A DNA stretch of 63,256 bases. Origin: a virus (Duplodnaviria > Heunggongvirae > Uroviricota > Caudoviricetes). Below the pieces are notes generated by a model. The model searched no databases. It worked only from the letters and a program-made list of their open reading frames with translations, and was not told where the DNA came from. Shown here piece by piece: positions 1 to 7,563 of the stretch. The position numbers were made by a program, and so were the translations under genes. The stretch's first letter is position 1. Each line of letters opens with the position of its first letter. The stretch is from IMG/VR virus record IMGVR_UViG_3300025575_000276; one strand, given 5' to 3'.

Positions 1-1455
1 ATGCCAAGTTTTAGATTAAAAAGGCCAAATTCTACTACCGATACGGCCATAAAAATGTACTGTTACCTTTATGGTAGGATAATAGCAATCTATACAGGAA
101 AGACAATACACCCTGATTTCTGGATAAAAGAGGATCAACGTGCTACTGAAAATAAGAAGAAATTTTTAAAAGGTAGAGCAATTAATTTTGAACTGGGTAG
201 GTTAGATAGGATTGCTTCAGATTTGATATCTAAAATCCAAAAAGAAGATACTTTAATTTCTGACGATAAGTTTAGAGACTTGTTCGAAAAGGAAGCTTTC
301 CCTAAAAGATCTGTACCTAAACCTGCCTTAGAATCAAAGACAAAAACCAAACTTAACCAGAAAGAGCAAATAAAAGTAGCTAAACCTGAGAAGAAGTTAG
401 AGATATCTTCGTTCTTTTCTACTTATGATGATTACTTAAAAGGTCTAAAGGTTTCTGTTGTTAGGAAGAGGCATGTAGTCGGGGTGAGGTGGATGATGCA
501 TAGGTATGAGTTGTATATGAATATGGTTTCCTCCTACCCTTTTGAGTTCTCTATTGATACTATTACTGGAGATATGATTAGGGACTTTGAAGACTTCCTT
601 AAGGTAGAGCATGAACTGTTCGCAGATTTTCCCAAACTTTATGTAAAGACTTCTACTAGAAGTAAAACAAGGAAACCATTGAAACGAGGCCCTAATAGAA
701 TTATCAATATAATGAAAGCATTCAGGTCTTTTATGATTCACTGTATTAACGGTGGCCTAACTGCAAACGATCCATTTAAAAGTAAGATCAAGATTACTAC
801 ACTAAAAGGTAAGGAAGTTAAGACAGTTATTACAGGTTATGAAATTGGATCTGAAAAGTACGGAGATCCAATCTACATAACGATCAAAGAACGCAACTCT
901 TTATATAAGTTCGATTTCACAAAACATCCAGAATCAGAGATACAACGAGACATATTTATTTTCCAATGTCAAATAGGTTGTAGGGTTGGTGACTTGTACG
1001 AATTTACTTATTCAAATATTATCGATGGTGTACTACATTTTGTACCAGGTAAAACCGAGGATGAAAACCCAGCAACAGTAAGCGTACCATTAAATGAAAC
1101 CGCACAGGTGCTTATAAAAAAGTATATGGGTAAAACTGAAAGTGGAAAGTTATTCCCATTTATTCCGAAACAAGAGTATAATGATGCAATAAGATTAATA
1201 TTTAATATGGCAGGTTTAACACGTAAAGTTATGGTAAGGGACAGTGTAACAGAAAAACTAGTAAGCAAATCACTTGATAGTATTGCTTCATCCCACATGG
1301 CAAGGAGAACATTTATTGGAGGGATATACGATAAAATTAAAGACCCAAGTTTAATAGGTTCTATGACCGGCCATAAAGAAGGTAGTAAAGCTTTTAACAG
1401 GTACCGACATATTGATGATAAGATAAAAAGAGACACACTTAAGTTAATGGAATAG
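1..1455 (+). CDS. int: Tyrosine recombinase / phage integrase (Bacteroidota type, N-terminal arm-binding and SAM-like core-binding domains)
   Basis: Catalytic residues are intact and in order: GCRVGDL (R), PGKT (K), SHMARRTF (HxxR), MTGH (H), FNRY (Y). The 484 aa length and N-terminus resemble Bacteroidota mobile-element integrases. Confidence 0.93.
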   Translation: MPSFRLKRPNSTTDTAIKMYCYLYGRIIAIYTGKTIHPDFWIKEDQRATENKKKFLKGRAINFELGRLDRIASDLISKIQKEDTLISDDKFRDLFEKEAFPKRSVPKPALESKTKTKLNQKEQIKVAKPEKKLEISSFFSTYDDYLKGLKVSVVRKRHVVGVRWMMHRYELYMNMVSSYPFEFSIDTITGDMIRDFEDFLKVEHELFADFPKLYVKTSTRSKTRKPLKRGPNRIINIMKAFRSFMIHCINGGLTANDPFKSKIKITTLKGKEVKTVITGYEIGSEKYGDPIYITIKERNSLYKFDFTKHPESEIQRDIFIFQCQIGCRVGDLYEFTYSNIIDGVLHFVPGKTEDENPATVSVPLNETAQVLIKKYMGKTESGKLFPFIPKQEYNDAIRLIFNMAGLTRKVMVRDSVTEKLVSKSLDSIASSHMARRTFIGGIYDKIKDPSLIGSMTGHKEGSKAFNRYRHIDDKIKRDTLKLME

Positions 1456-1496
1456 TGTAGTTTACTAGGATATATTATTTAATTTTCGTATATTAA

Positions 1497-2093
1497 GTGG
1501 AAACACTACTTAATATGCTGACAAAAGAACAATTACAAAAGGCTGCAACTAAGTATAATATTTCATTATCTGCTATACAATCTATAATAGCAGTAGAGTC
1601 AGGTGGATCAGGGTTCCTTCCCGATGGTCGGCCAAAGATTTTATTTGAGGGACACATTTTCTGGAAAGAACTTATAAAGGTAGGTATCGATCCAAATAAG
1701 TTTGTTGCCGGAAATGAGGATGTCTTATATAAGATATGGACAAAGGAGCATTATGTTGGTGGTGCCGGTGAACATGCACGATTGGCTAAGGCTAGCCTGA
1801 TCAACCGGGAGGCAGCCCTTAAGTCTGCCAGTTGGGGCCTGTTTCAGATCATGGGAGGTAATTACATTTCCACTGGCGATAAGACTGTAGTACAATTTGT
1901 ATTAGAGGAATCTGCTTCTGAATTGGAACAACTATACGACTTCCTTAACTTCATTACAAGTACAAATCTGATCAACTACCTTAGAGTAAAAGATTGGGCA
2001 AGGTTCGCAGCCGGATATAATGGCCCGGCATACAAGGCGAATAGTTATGATACTAAACTCCAGAATTACGACAATAAGTTTTCAGCAGCTTAA
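1497..2093 (+). CDS. Endolysin, N-acetylmuramidase (DUF3380/PF11860-like)
   Basis: Motifs IIAVESGGSGF, RPKILFEGHIF, SASWGLFQIMGGNY, WARFAAGYNGPAY. Catalytic domain only. The true start may be the in-frame ATG at 1515. Confidence 0.9.
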   Translation: METLLNMLTKEQLQKAATKYNISLSAIQSIIAVESGGSGFLPDGRPKILFEGHIFWKELIKVGIDPNKFVAGNEDVLYKIWTKEHYVGGAGEHARLAKASLINREAALKSASWGLFQIMGGNYISTGDKTVVQFVLEESASELEQLYDFLNFITSTNLINYLRVKDWARFAAGYNGPAYKANSYDTKLQNYDNKFSAA

Positions 2094-2133
2094 AAGAAAA
2101 AACCCTCAGAATTTATCAGAGGGTTTTTCTTTT
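2092..2133. terminator. Bidirectional rho-independent terminator
   Basis: Stem AAAAACCCTC (2098-2107) / GAGGGTTTTT (2119-2128) with A and T tracts, lying between convergent genes. Confidence 0.75.
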
Positions 2134-2141
2134 CATTTGTT

Positions 2142-2354
2142 CTATCCAGCAACCTGTAGCCTTAGCATAGTCTTCAAACTTTTTGAGTGCTTCGTCTCTT
2201 CCACCCAACTCATAACCATATCTGTCTGCTCTTTTGCCTGTTCCAAGGACAATGGTTGCTTCAACATTTCTGACACCTCCTTCACTCCTTCCTTGTTCTT
2301 CCTTCGGGAGTAGTCGTTTAAGAGTTCTGGTTCCTTCGATGCCTTTTTCTTCAT
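2142..2354 (-). CDS. Small hypothetical protein (70 aa, charged)
   Basis: ATG start with an AT-rich leader, ends next to the terminator. No recognisable motif. Confidence 0.5.
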   Translation of the reverse strand: MKKKASKEPELLNDYSRRKNKEGVKEVSEMLKQPLSLEQAKEQTDMVMSWVEETKHSKSLKTMLRLQVAG

Positions 2355-2488
2355 AATTTTAGTTCTATTGAATTCAATTTCAAATACAACGTTTGATCTA
2401 TAAAATTAGAAATAAAAACTTTACAGAAGAAAAGAAATTCAATTTCGTTTCATAATGAATGTTCTTGTGATGCTAGTTAATTCACTGA

Positions 2489-2551
2489 ATGAATGGGGGA
2501 GTTCACGACCGGTTCAGGGAGGATTGGCTGAAATGTCCATGCCTACTCGAC
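2489..2551 (+). mobile_element. Degenerate group II intron 3' end (partial domain V plus domain VI)
   Basis: ATGAATGGGGGAGTTCACGACCGGTTC-AGGGAGGATTGGCTGAAATGTCCATGCCTACTCGAC. The DVI stem GGGAGG/CCT-A-CTC has a bulged A 7 nt from the end, a GAAA loop and a terminal AC. The 5' strand of DV (catalytic triad) is missing. Confidence 0.6.
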
Positions 2552-2595
2552 CCCCATATTTCCCTCAAATGCCTCTCTTGTACCCAATTTACATT

Positions 2596-4239
2596 CTATT
2601 TATGTTGAAAAAGCCTGATTACTTTTTTATCAAAATCCAATGCATAAATATCACCTTCTGAAGTTACTGCCAAATCGGGTGCTACCTCTTCATCAGGAAA
2701 CTTTTCTGATGGAGCTACGACACTGTTGAACTCCCCGGATGGTTTATACACTTTTATCCTTACATTATTTTTCTCACTCGTTACAAACGAACCATCTGGC
2801 AAAAATGCTATATGGGCGGGATTGCAACATCCCCAAAATCCTTCTATTCCTTCTTCGTCATTCGTCCAGAAGGTCCGGAATGTTCCTGAATCCTGATATT
2901 GCTCCAATGCACGCTTTCCGGGATTTACAACCCAGAGTTCTCCATCGTGGTTAAAGGCAAGATCAAAATAGGGACTTGGAACAATGAACCAATGTGTGTC
3001 GTCTTTGCTCGCTTTCCCTTCAAATGCATCCAGATATTTTCCAGCAGTAGAATATCTGATTACTCTTCTGTTTCCTGCATCTGCTGCAAAAAGAAGTTTC
3101 CCTTTCACGGCTAAAGATGTGAGAAACGTTTTTTTATCAAGTGGTGTCCAACTACCGGTTAGTTTACCTGAAAGATCATATCCGGCAACGAAATTGGTGA
3201 AACCAATAAAAATATTCTTGTCGGTCACGGTTATGCAGGTAGGCGAAGCAGGCAATTTTGTTTTGATCACTTCTTTGCCATCAACTGTTATTACCTGTAA
3301 CAGGCTATCTGATATGATGTAGAGTTTTTGGTTGGCATAGGCCAGTCCTTTCGGGGTTTGGGTATTGAGCCTGATGTTTTTTGTCTCTTTATAATGAACC
3401 TTTGTCGAGTCAGTAGATTTGAATTTGACAACATTGTATCCATAAGGATTGACAGCCCTGTTCTCCTGATTACCTATATCCGTTTTATTGTCGGCTGATA
3501 CCGGTATCCTATTGACGATTGCCCTATATGGAGAGAAATTAAATAACTTATCAAAATCATTCTTTTTTAATTCAAAATAATTGTTGGTAAGAGGTAAAGT
3601 GGTAGAATTATTTCTATCCCAAGGAAGAATATTAAATCTTACAATCTTTTCACCCTTCAAGATTTGAGAATTTATATTAAAGAAACTTTCTCCTTTGCAA
3701 ATATTTGAAGTAGAGTCCGAATCCTTTCCTAAAAGCAAAAGCCTAATCATTCTTTTGTTTTTTATTACTTCTTCGGGATCAAAAGAAAATGGTACTGCAA
3801 GTATTTTATAATAATATTCACAATACTCTATAGGCAAAGCTTTATAGAATTGTCCATCAGCTGTATTTACAATTTTCTTTAATTGCTCTAGGCTATTATT
3901 TGTAAAAGCAAAAACTTTAATTTGAGTAGAATCATATTTTGCCTTCAAAAAATAAAAGATTTTGCCTTCCAATGTAAATTTAAATAATTGAAGTGATTCA
4001 AAGCCAGCATCAGGACAACAAGGCAAATAACTTCTATTTGATGTTAGATCAGATTGTTTCCAAAATTTCTCTTCTTTATTTTCGAACCTAGACCAACCAG
4101 AAATATTTGTGAGTTTCTCAGATTGAGCATCCATGCGTAATTGTAATTTTGGTATTTTTTCATTAACTCTTTCTTGACCATAGGAATGGGAAAAAGAGAT
4201 TAAGCTAATGCATAATAATATGTACAATTTACTTTTCAT
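2596..4239 (-). CDS. Secreted protein with C-terminal NHL-like beta-propeller; apparent chimera
   Basis: Signal peptide MKSKLYILLCISLISFSHSYG. C-terminal repeats (LAVKGKLLFAADAGNRRVIRY, LAFNHDGELWVVNPG, GCCNPAHIAFLPDGSFVTSEK). The 5' half is visibly more AT-rich than the 3' half. Confidence 0.7.
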   Translation of the reverse strand: MKSKLYILLCISLISFSHSYGQERVNEKIPKLQLRMDAQSEKLTNISGWSRFENKEEKFWKQSDLTSNRSYLPCCPDAGFESLQLFKFTLEGKIFYFLKAKYDSTQIKVFAFTNNSLEQLKKIVNTADGQFYKALPIEYCEYYYKILAVPFSFDPEEVIKNKRMIRLLLLGKDSDSTSNICKGESFFNINSQILKGEKIVRFNILPWDRNNSTTLPLTNNYFELKKNDFDKLFNFSPYRAIVNRIPVSADNKTDIGNQENRAVNPYGYNVVKFKSTDSTKVHYKETKNIRLNTQTPKGLAYANQKLYIISDSLLQVITVDGKEVIKTKLPASPTCITVTDKNIFIGFTNFVAGYDLSGKLTGSWTPLDKKTFLTSLAVKGKLLFAADAGNRRVIRYSTAGKYLDAFEGKASKDDTHWFIVPSPYFDLAFNHDGELWVVNPGKRALEQYQDSGTFRTFWTNDEEGIEGFWGCCNPAHIAFLPDGSFVTSEKNNVRIKVYKPSGEFNSVVAPSEKFPDEEVAPDLAVTSEGDIYALDFDKKVIRLFQHK

Positions 4240-4325
4240 ATCAATTTTTTTTTAATTAATAATAGAGTTGTGATCTATAAATACAAATGCACAATTATGG
4301 TTGTCAAAATAATTTGAAAATATAA

Positions 4326-5186
4326 TTATAAACCTTTCAATTTCTCCTCTAATTCTGCTTTTTTCTCCTCTAATTCTGCTTTTTTCTTTTCATTTATGAT
4401 TTCTGCTTTTACAATAGAATCCTTTTCAGCTTGTGTATTTTTTTTTAAAGAATAAAAGACATCTCGTCCAACAAGGAAATAATTGGGTTTATTATTTCCC
4501 ATCGTCAAGATATTTAACGTACCTAAATAAGAAACTAATTTTTCAGAGGGATATTTAAGTAATAATTCCTTATTAAAACGCAAAAAAAGTTCAGTTCCAA
4601 TACCCGTTTTATCTGAATATAAGGGTGATTTTTGAATTGGACCTTCCAAGTATATTTTAATATTCGCAATTGACCCATCAATTGCAGGAGATATTTCATA
4701 TGTCCCAATTGCTCTACTTAATTCTATACCATTATTGGTTAGTACGCGAAAAGTGAAGAGAGTATCATTAAAATTAAAAACTATTATCGATTCTTGGTTT
4801 GTTGCCGTATAGAAAGCATTTGACATTAGAATTTCTTTTGTCTGAGCTATTAATTTGTCTTCCAAAGGGTTGGGTGGTTCTGCTTCATCAACAACCTCCT
4901 CTGGTTTATTACTTATTTCATTGTAAATCTTTTTATATAAGGCGCCAAATTTGAGTCCTCCTCCATCTAGGGGATACTTTTTCTGAAATTCATCAATAAG
5001 TGTTTTTAATTCTGTGCCAAGTTTTTCGGATTCAGGTAAAAGTGATTTATCTCCTGATTCAATTTTCTTTTGGATTTGAACTGCTTTCAAAGTTAGTTCT
5101 GCAAGCTCTCTTGCATCTTTTTGCATTTCGTTTTCCCCACAGCTCATAAGGATGAGAACAATAGCAAATAATAAAAAGTTTTTCAT
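4326..5186 (-). CDS. Predicted lipoprotein of unknown function
   Basis: Lipoprotein signal MKNFLLFAIVLILMS-C followed by charged residues. Coiled-coil C-terminus. Confidence 0.7.
   Translation of the reverse strand: MKNFLLFAIVLILMSCGENEMQKDARELAELTLKAVQIQKKIESGDKSLLPESEKLGTELKTLIDEFQKKYPLDGGGLKFGALYKKIYNEISNKPEEVVDEAEPPNPLEDKLIAQTKEILMSNAFYTATNQESIIVFNFNDTLFTFRVLTNNGIELSRAIGTYEISPAIDGSIANIKIYLEGPIQKSPLYSDKTGIGTELFLRFNKELLLKYPSEKLVSYLGTLNILTMGNNKPNYFLVGRDVFYSLKKNTQAEKDSIVKAEIINEKKKAELEEKKAELEEKLKGL
4341..4382. repeat. Perfect 21-bp tandem duplication (KKAELEE x2)
   Basis: TTTCTCCTCTAATTCTGCTTT occurs at 4341-4361 and 4362-4382. Confidence 0.9.
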
Positions 5187-5329
5187 AAAACTAGATTATC
5201 GCCTATTTGTTTAAGTGTCCAATTTAAAGTCAGGTCTGAAAAATAAGCTTAATGGGATATGTTTTAGCCCCGAATAGATTAGAAAGTATATCTTCAAACC
5301 AAAGTGCATTTTTTTGTTTCATAGCTTAA

Positions 5330-5337
5330 CAAATGTA
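5330..5337 (-). promoter_or_regulatory. Bacteroidota sigma70 -7 element (TAnnTTTG)
   Basis: TACATTTG on the minus strand, about 145 bp upstream of the lipoprotein start. Confidence 0.45.
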
Positions 5338-5727
5338 AATATATAAATCCAGAAGTCAATTATTTTATTTTTTTAGAGGTATTTTTTTGGAAAGTATTGT
5401 TTCAAGAATTGAGCAGCTTCTAACTCTTTGATATAAATATCATATATAATTGTATGTCAACATAATATGATTATATAAAAAATAATAAAATGATTTTTAC
5501 CCATCCTTGGATATCAATATCGTATAATTTATTTAAAATCCATTGAAAAAAATGTTATACCATCAATATATGGATGATTTCTGCAATCTGAATATGTTCT
5601 TTAGTTCCCTTTCTCAATAATAAATAAGGTAAAGACAATCAATCAGAAACTTGATGCGCTTATAAATAATTTTGTGAATGGATAACTTTCATTCGGAAAT
5701 TTATTAGTTTTACAAAAAACAACAACT

Positions 5728-5982
5728 ATGAACCCTGATGTAATAGCACAAAAAGCCATCGAAAAATTAAATAAAAAAATCACAAATGAAGTTTTTCTGA
5801 TTATTCAAAGCGACAAAGATCTTATGTACAACTACCTAAAGGCTGTTGAAGAGAAAGGTTTAGATGTTGTTAATCAAGCAATTGGATTTGAAGTAAAAAA
5901 ACAATATAAATTGGTAAACATTAACGACCGGGAAGAAAATCCTTCTTGCACATTAATTAAAAGCCATCAAAAATTTGAATAA
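5728..5982 (+). CDS. Small hypothetical protein (84 aa)
   Basis: ATG preceded by an A-rich leader (AAAAAACAACAACT) typical of Bacteroidota. Followed by a strong hairpin. Confidence 0.65.
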   Translation: MNPDVIAQKAIEKLNKKITNEVFLIIQSDKDLMYNYLKAVEEKGLDVVNQAIGFEVKKQYKLVNINDREENPSCTLIKSHQKFE

Positions 5983-6025
5983 TTCATTTTGTCTTTTAAC
6001 CCTAAGTACACTATGTCAATAATGG

Positions 6026-6063
6026 AAATGAGAAAAATGGGACCAGCCCCATTTTTCTCATTT
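6026..6063. terminator. Perfect 16-bp hairpin between convergent genes
   Basis: AAATGAGAAAAATGGG-accagc-CCCATTTTTCTCATTT. Confidence 0.6.
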
Positions 6064-6112
6064 TAGCATTTCCATGAAGACATAAAATGAGGTCACCCTT
6101 TTGGGATGGTCT

Positions 6113-6149
6113 CAACGTCAACCCGTCTGACGCAAAACGCATGTTAGCC
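6113..6149 (-). promoter_or_regulatory. attC-like half site (R'' core GGCTAAC plus left arm)
   Basis: Minus strand GGCTAACATGCGTTTTGCGTCAGACGGGTTGACG, 21 nt after the stop of the 262 aa gene. Complementary to GTTAGCC upstream of the same gene. No matching right arm found. Confidence 0.45.
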
Positions 6150-6170
6150 ATTCGCTCTTTCTGATTTTCT

Positions 6171-6959
6171 TCAATACTTATAAAAATATCTTTTCACTAC
6201 ATAATTATAATTTTCTTCGCCTAAGAATTCCTCGTTTTTATTTATGTATTCACTTGCAGATAAAAACCCAAAGTATTCAACCCGTTCATTAACTTTAATA
6301 TCTTTCAAAAATTCATCTACAATTTTTTTAAATTTCGCAATAGTCTCCTTATAGTTCGTCAAGTCCTGCTCAAATCTGGTTGAGAACGGATTATCAAAAC
6401 AAAAACTGTATAGTTTAAACTTCTTGTTAACATATTCCGGCTTATTCATGATGTTGATTATTCCAAGAAGATGACTACAAAGCTGCTTCACCCCTCCGCC
6501 ATAGATTTTTTGATCATCAAAACTTTTAATGACCTTTTTCAAAAACTTAATAAAGGGGTCTGAAATAGCCGGGCACATGTATTGTGTTTTATCAAAGTAT
6601 TTTTCTTTAAAATCAATTTTGCCTAATTGGATTATTTCAAAAGCCTTAACTTCAAATAGTTCAATTGTATTTGTTGTTTCATTATTAAGCTTTACATCAA
6701 TTTGTGCATCTCGGTCGAATACCTCCATGTGAAATTCAAACTCCAAAAGTTTACTGTTCACGCCAGAAAATACATTGTAAGCAAAAGCTTGTGAACTTTT
6801 TAAACTTCCAGCCCACCTGTGATATTCAAACTCTTTGGGTGGAGTGGTTATGAAATTTTTCGTTCTATTCTTAAGAACAAAATTGTGTTTGTTATCTGTA
6901 ATTAAGTTATTCTTAAACCCTTTAACTACAAAATTCTCTATTTCTTTTTTATAATTCAT
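6171..6959 (-). CDS. PD-(D/E)xK restriction-endonuclease-like protein (PGN_0703-like)
   Basis: HRWAGSLKSSQAFAYNVF, then QIDV...LFEVK (D...ExK), then KQLCSHLLGI. No methyltransferase nearby. Confidence 0.6.
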   Translation of the reverse strand: MNYKKEIENFVVKGFKNNLITDNKHNFVLKNRTKNFITTPPKEFEYHRWAGSLKSSQAFAYNVFSGVNSKLLEFEFHMEVFDRDAQIDVKLNNETTNTIELFEVKAFEIIQLGKIDFKEKYFDKTQYMCPAISDPFIKFLKKVIKSFDDQKIYGGGVKQLCSHLLGIINIMNKPEYVNKKFKLYSFCFDNPFSTRFEQDLTNYKETIAKFKKIVDEFLKDIKVNERVEYFGFLSASEYINKNEEFLGEENYNYVVKRYFYKY

Positions 6960-7000
6960 ATTGTTCGGTTTTTGAATTCATCTCGTTTTTTAAGAGTGAC

Positions 7001-7040
7001 GGCTAACTCATATATACGCCTGACAAAATCAGACCTATGC
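7001..7040 (-). promoter_or_regulatory. attI/attC-like R' core (GTTAGCC) at the cassette start
   Basis: Minus strand ...GTCAGGCGTATATATGA-GTTAGCC-GTCA, 41 nt before the ATG of the nuclease gene. Confidence 0.4.
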
Positions 7041-7245
7041 AATGAAATTTGGGTGGATAGGCCTTTTAGATATCAGATTTATCTTGTAAAGATAATATTA
7101 CAAATCATCGAAAGGAGATTTTATTTTCTAAAAACTTTTTTCAGTTACATGTGTGTAAATCTCAGTTGTTTTTGAACTCTTATGTTCCAATAATTCTTGT
7201 ATATACAATAAATATTTTCCAGATTGGAAGAATAATGAGGTCAGC

Positions 7246-7427
7246 GTGTGCTAAGAGAGAGTGTGTTTGTACTGAATTAATGATAGGGAGGCCGTAACTG
7301 GTTTCCGGGAGCAGGCTATAAATACCACAAAACAAATTAATGACTACTTATAACAGAAGCCATATCTCTGCAAATGTTCACCACATGTTCAAAGAGGCTT
7401 GGGTTGAAATGCCTTTGCCTACTCGAC
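7246..7427 (+). mobile_element. Internally deleted (about 182 nt) group II intron remnant retaining both ends
   Basis: Starts GTGTG (GUGYG). Continues ...GTGTTTGTACTGAATTAATGATAGGGAGGCCGTAAC..., resembling a domain I start. Ends AGAGGCTTGGGTTGAAATGCCTTTGCCTACTCGAC, a DVI stem AGAGGC/GCCT-A-CT with bulged A at -7 and AY end. No RT ORF. Confidence 0.6.
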
Positions 7428-7467
7428 CCCCACCTTAAGGGGCAGAACAGCAAAAAAGTTTATTAGT

Positions 7468-7563
7468 ATGACTGATGAAAATTTAATCCATAAGGGAACT
7501 ATTGATTTCTCCAAGCAAATTATTGTAGCATTTAAAATACTTAAGAAAGCAAAAATGCAGTAA
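7468..7563 (+). pseudogene. 31-codon ORF, possible four-helix-bundle protein N-terminal fragment
   Basis: Translates as MTDENLIHKGTIDFSKQIIVAFKILKKAKMQ*. Loosely resembles the start of 23S rRNA-IVP/Avd-like four-helix bundle proteins. Confidence 0.2.

Noticed and set aside
1-1455. Integrase as an integron integrase (IntI) serving the nearby cassette
   Set aside because: It has a long arm-binding-type N-terminus, no evident IntI-specific insertion and no adjacent attI; it fits phage/ICE integrases better.
2455-2661. 68 aa plus-strand ORF (MNVLVML...MPTRPP)
   Set aside because: It runs through the intron remnant and overlaps the end of the 547 aa gene; likely spurious.
5190-5720. Possible IS end or decayed gene in the 540-bp gap
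   Set aside because: Only fragmentary open frames with several stops, and no paired inverted repeat or transposase motif could be supported.
6972-7175. 67 aa plus-strand ORF (MNSSRFLRVTANSY...)
   Set aside because: TTG start, and it reads through the att-like site; typical of spurious translation of recombination sites.
2529-7432. The 28-bp direct repeat as attL/attR of the position-1 integrase
   Set aside because: It is better explained as group II intron domain VI (bulged A, GAAA loop, upstream DV remnant, GUGYG start for the second copy), and the integrase lies outside the repeats. Not fully excluded.
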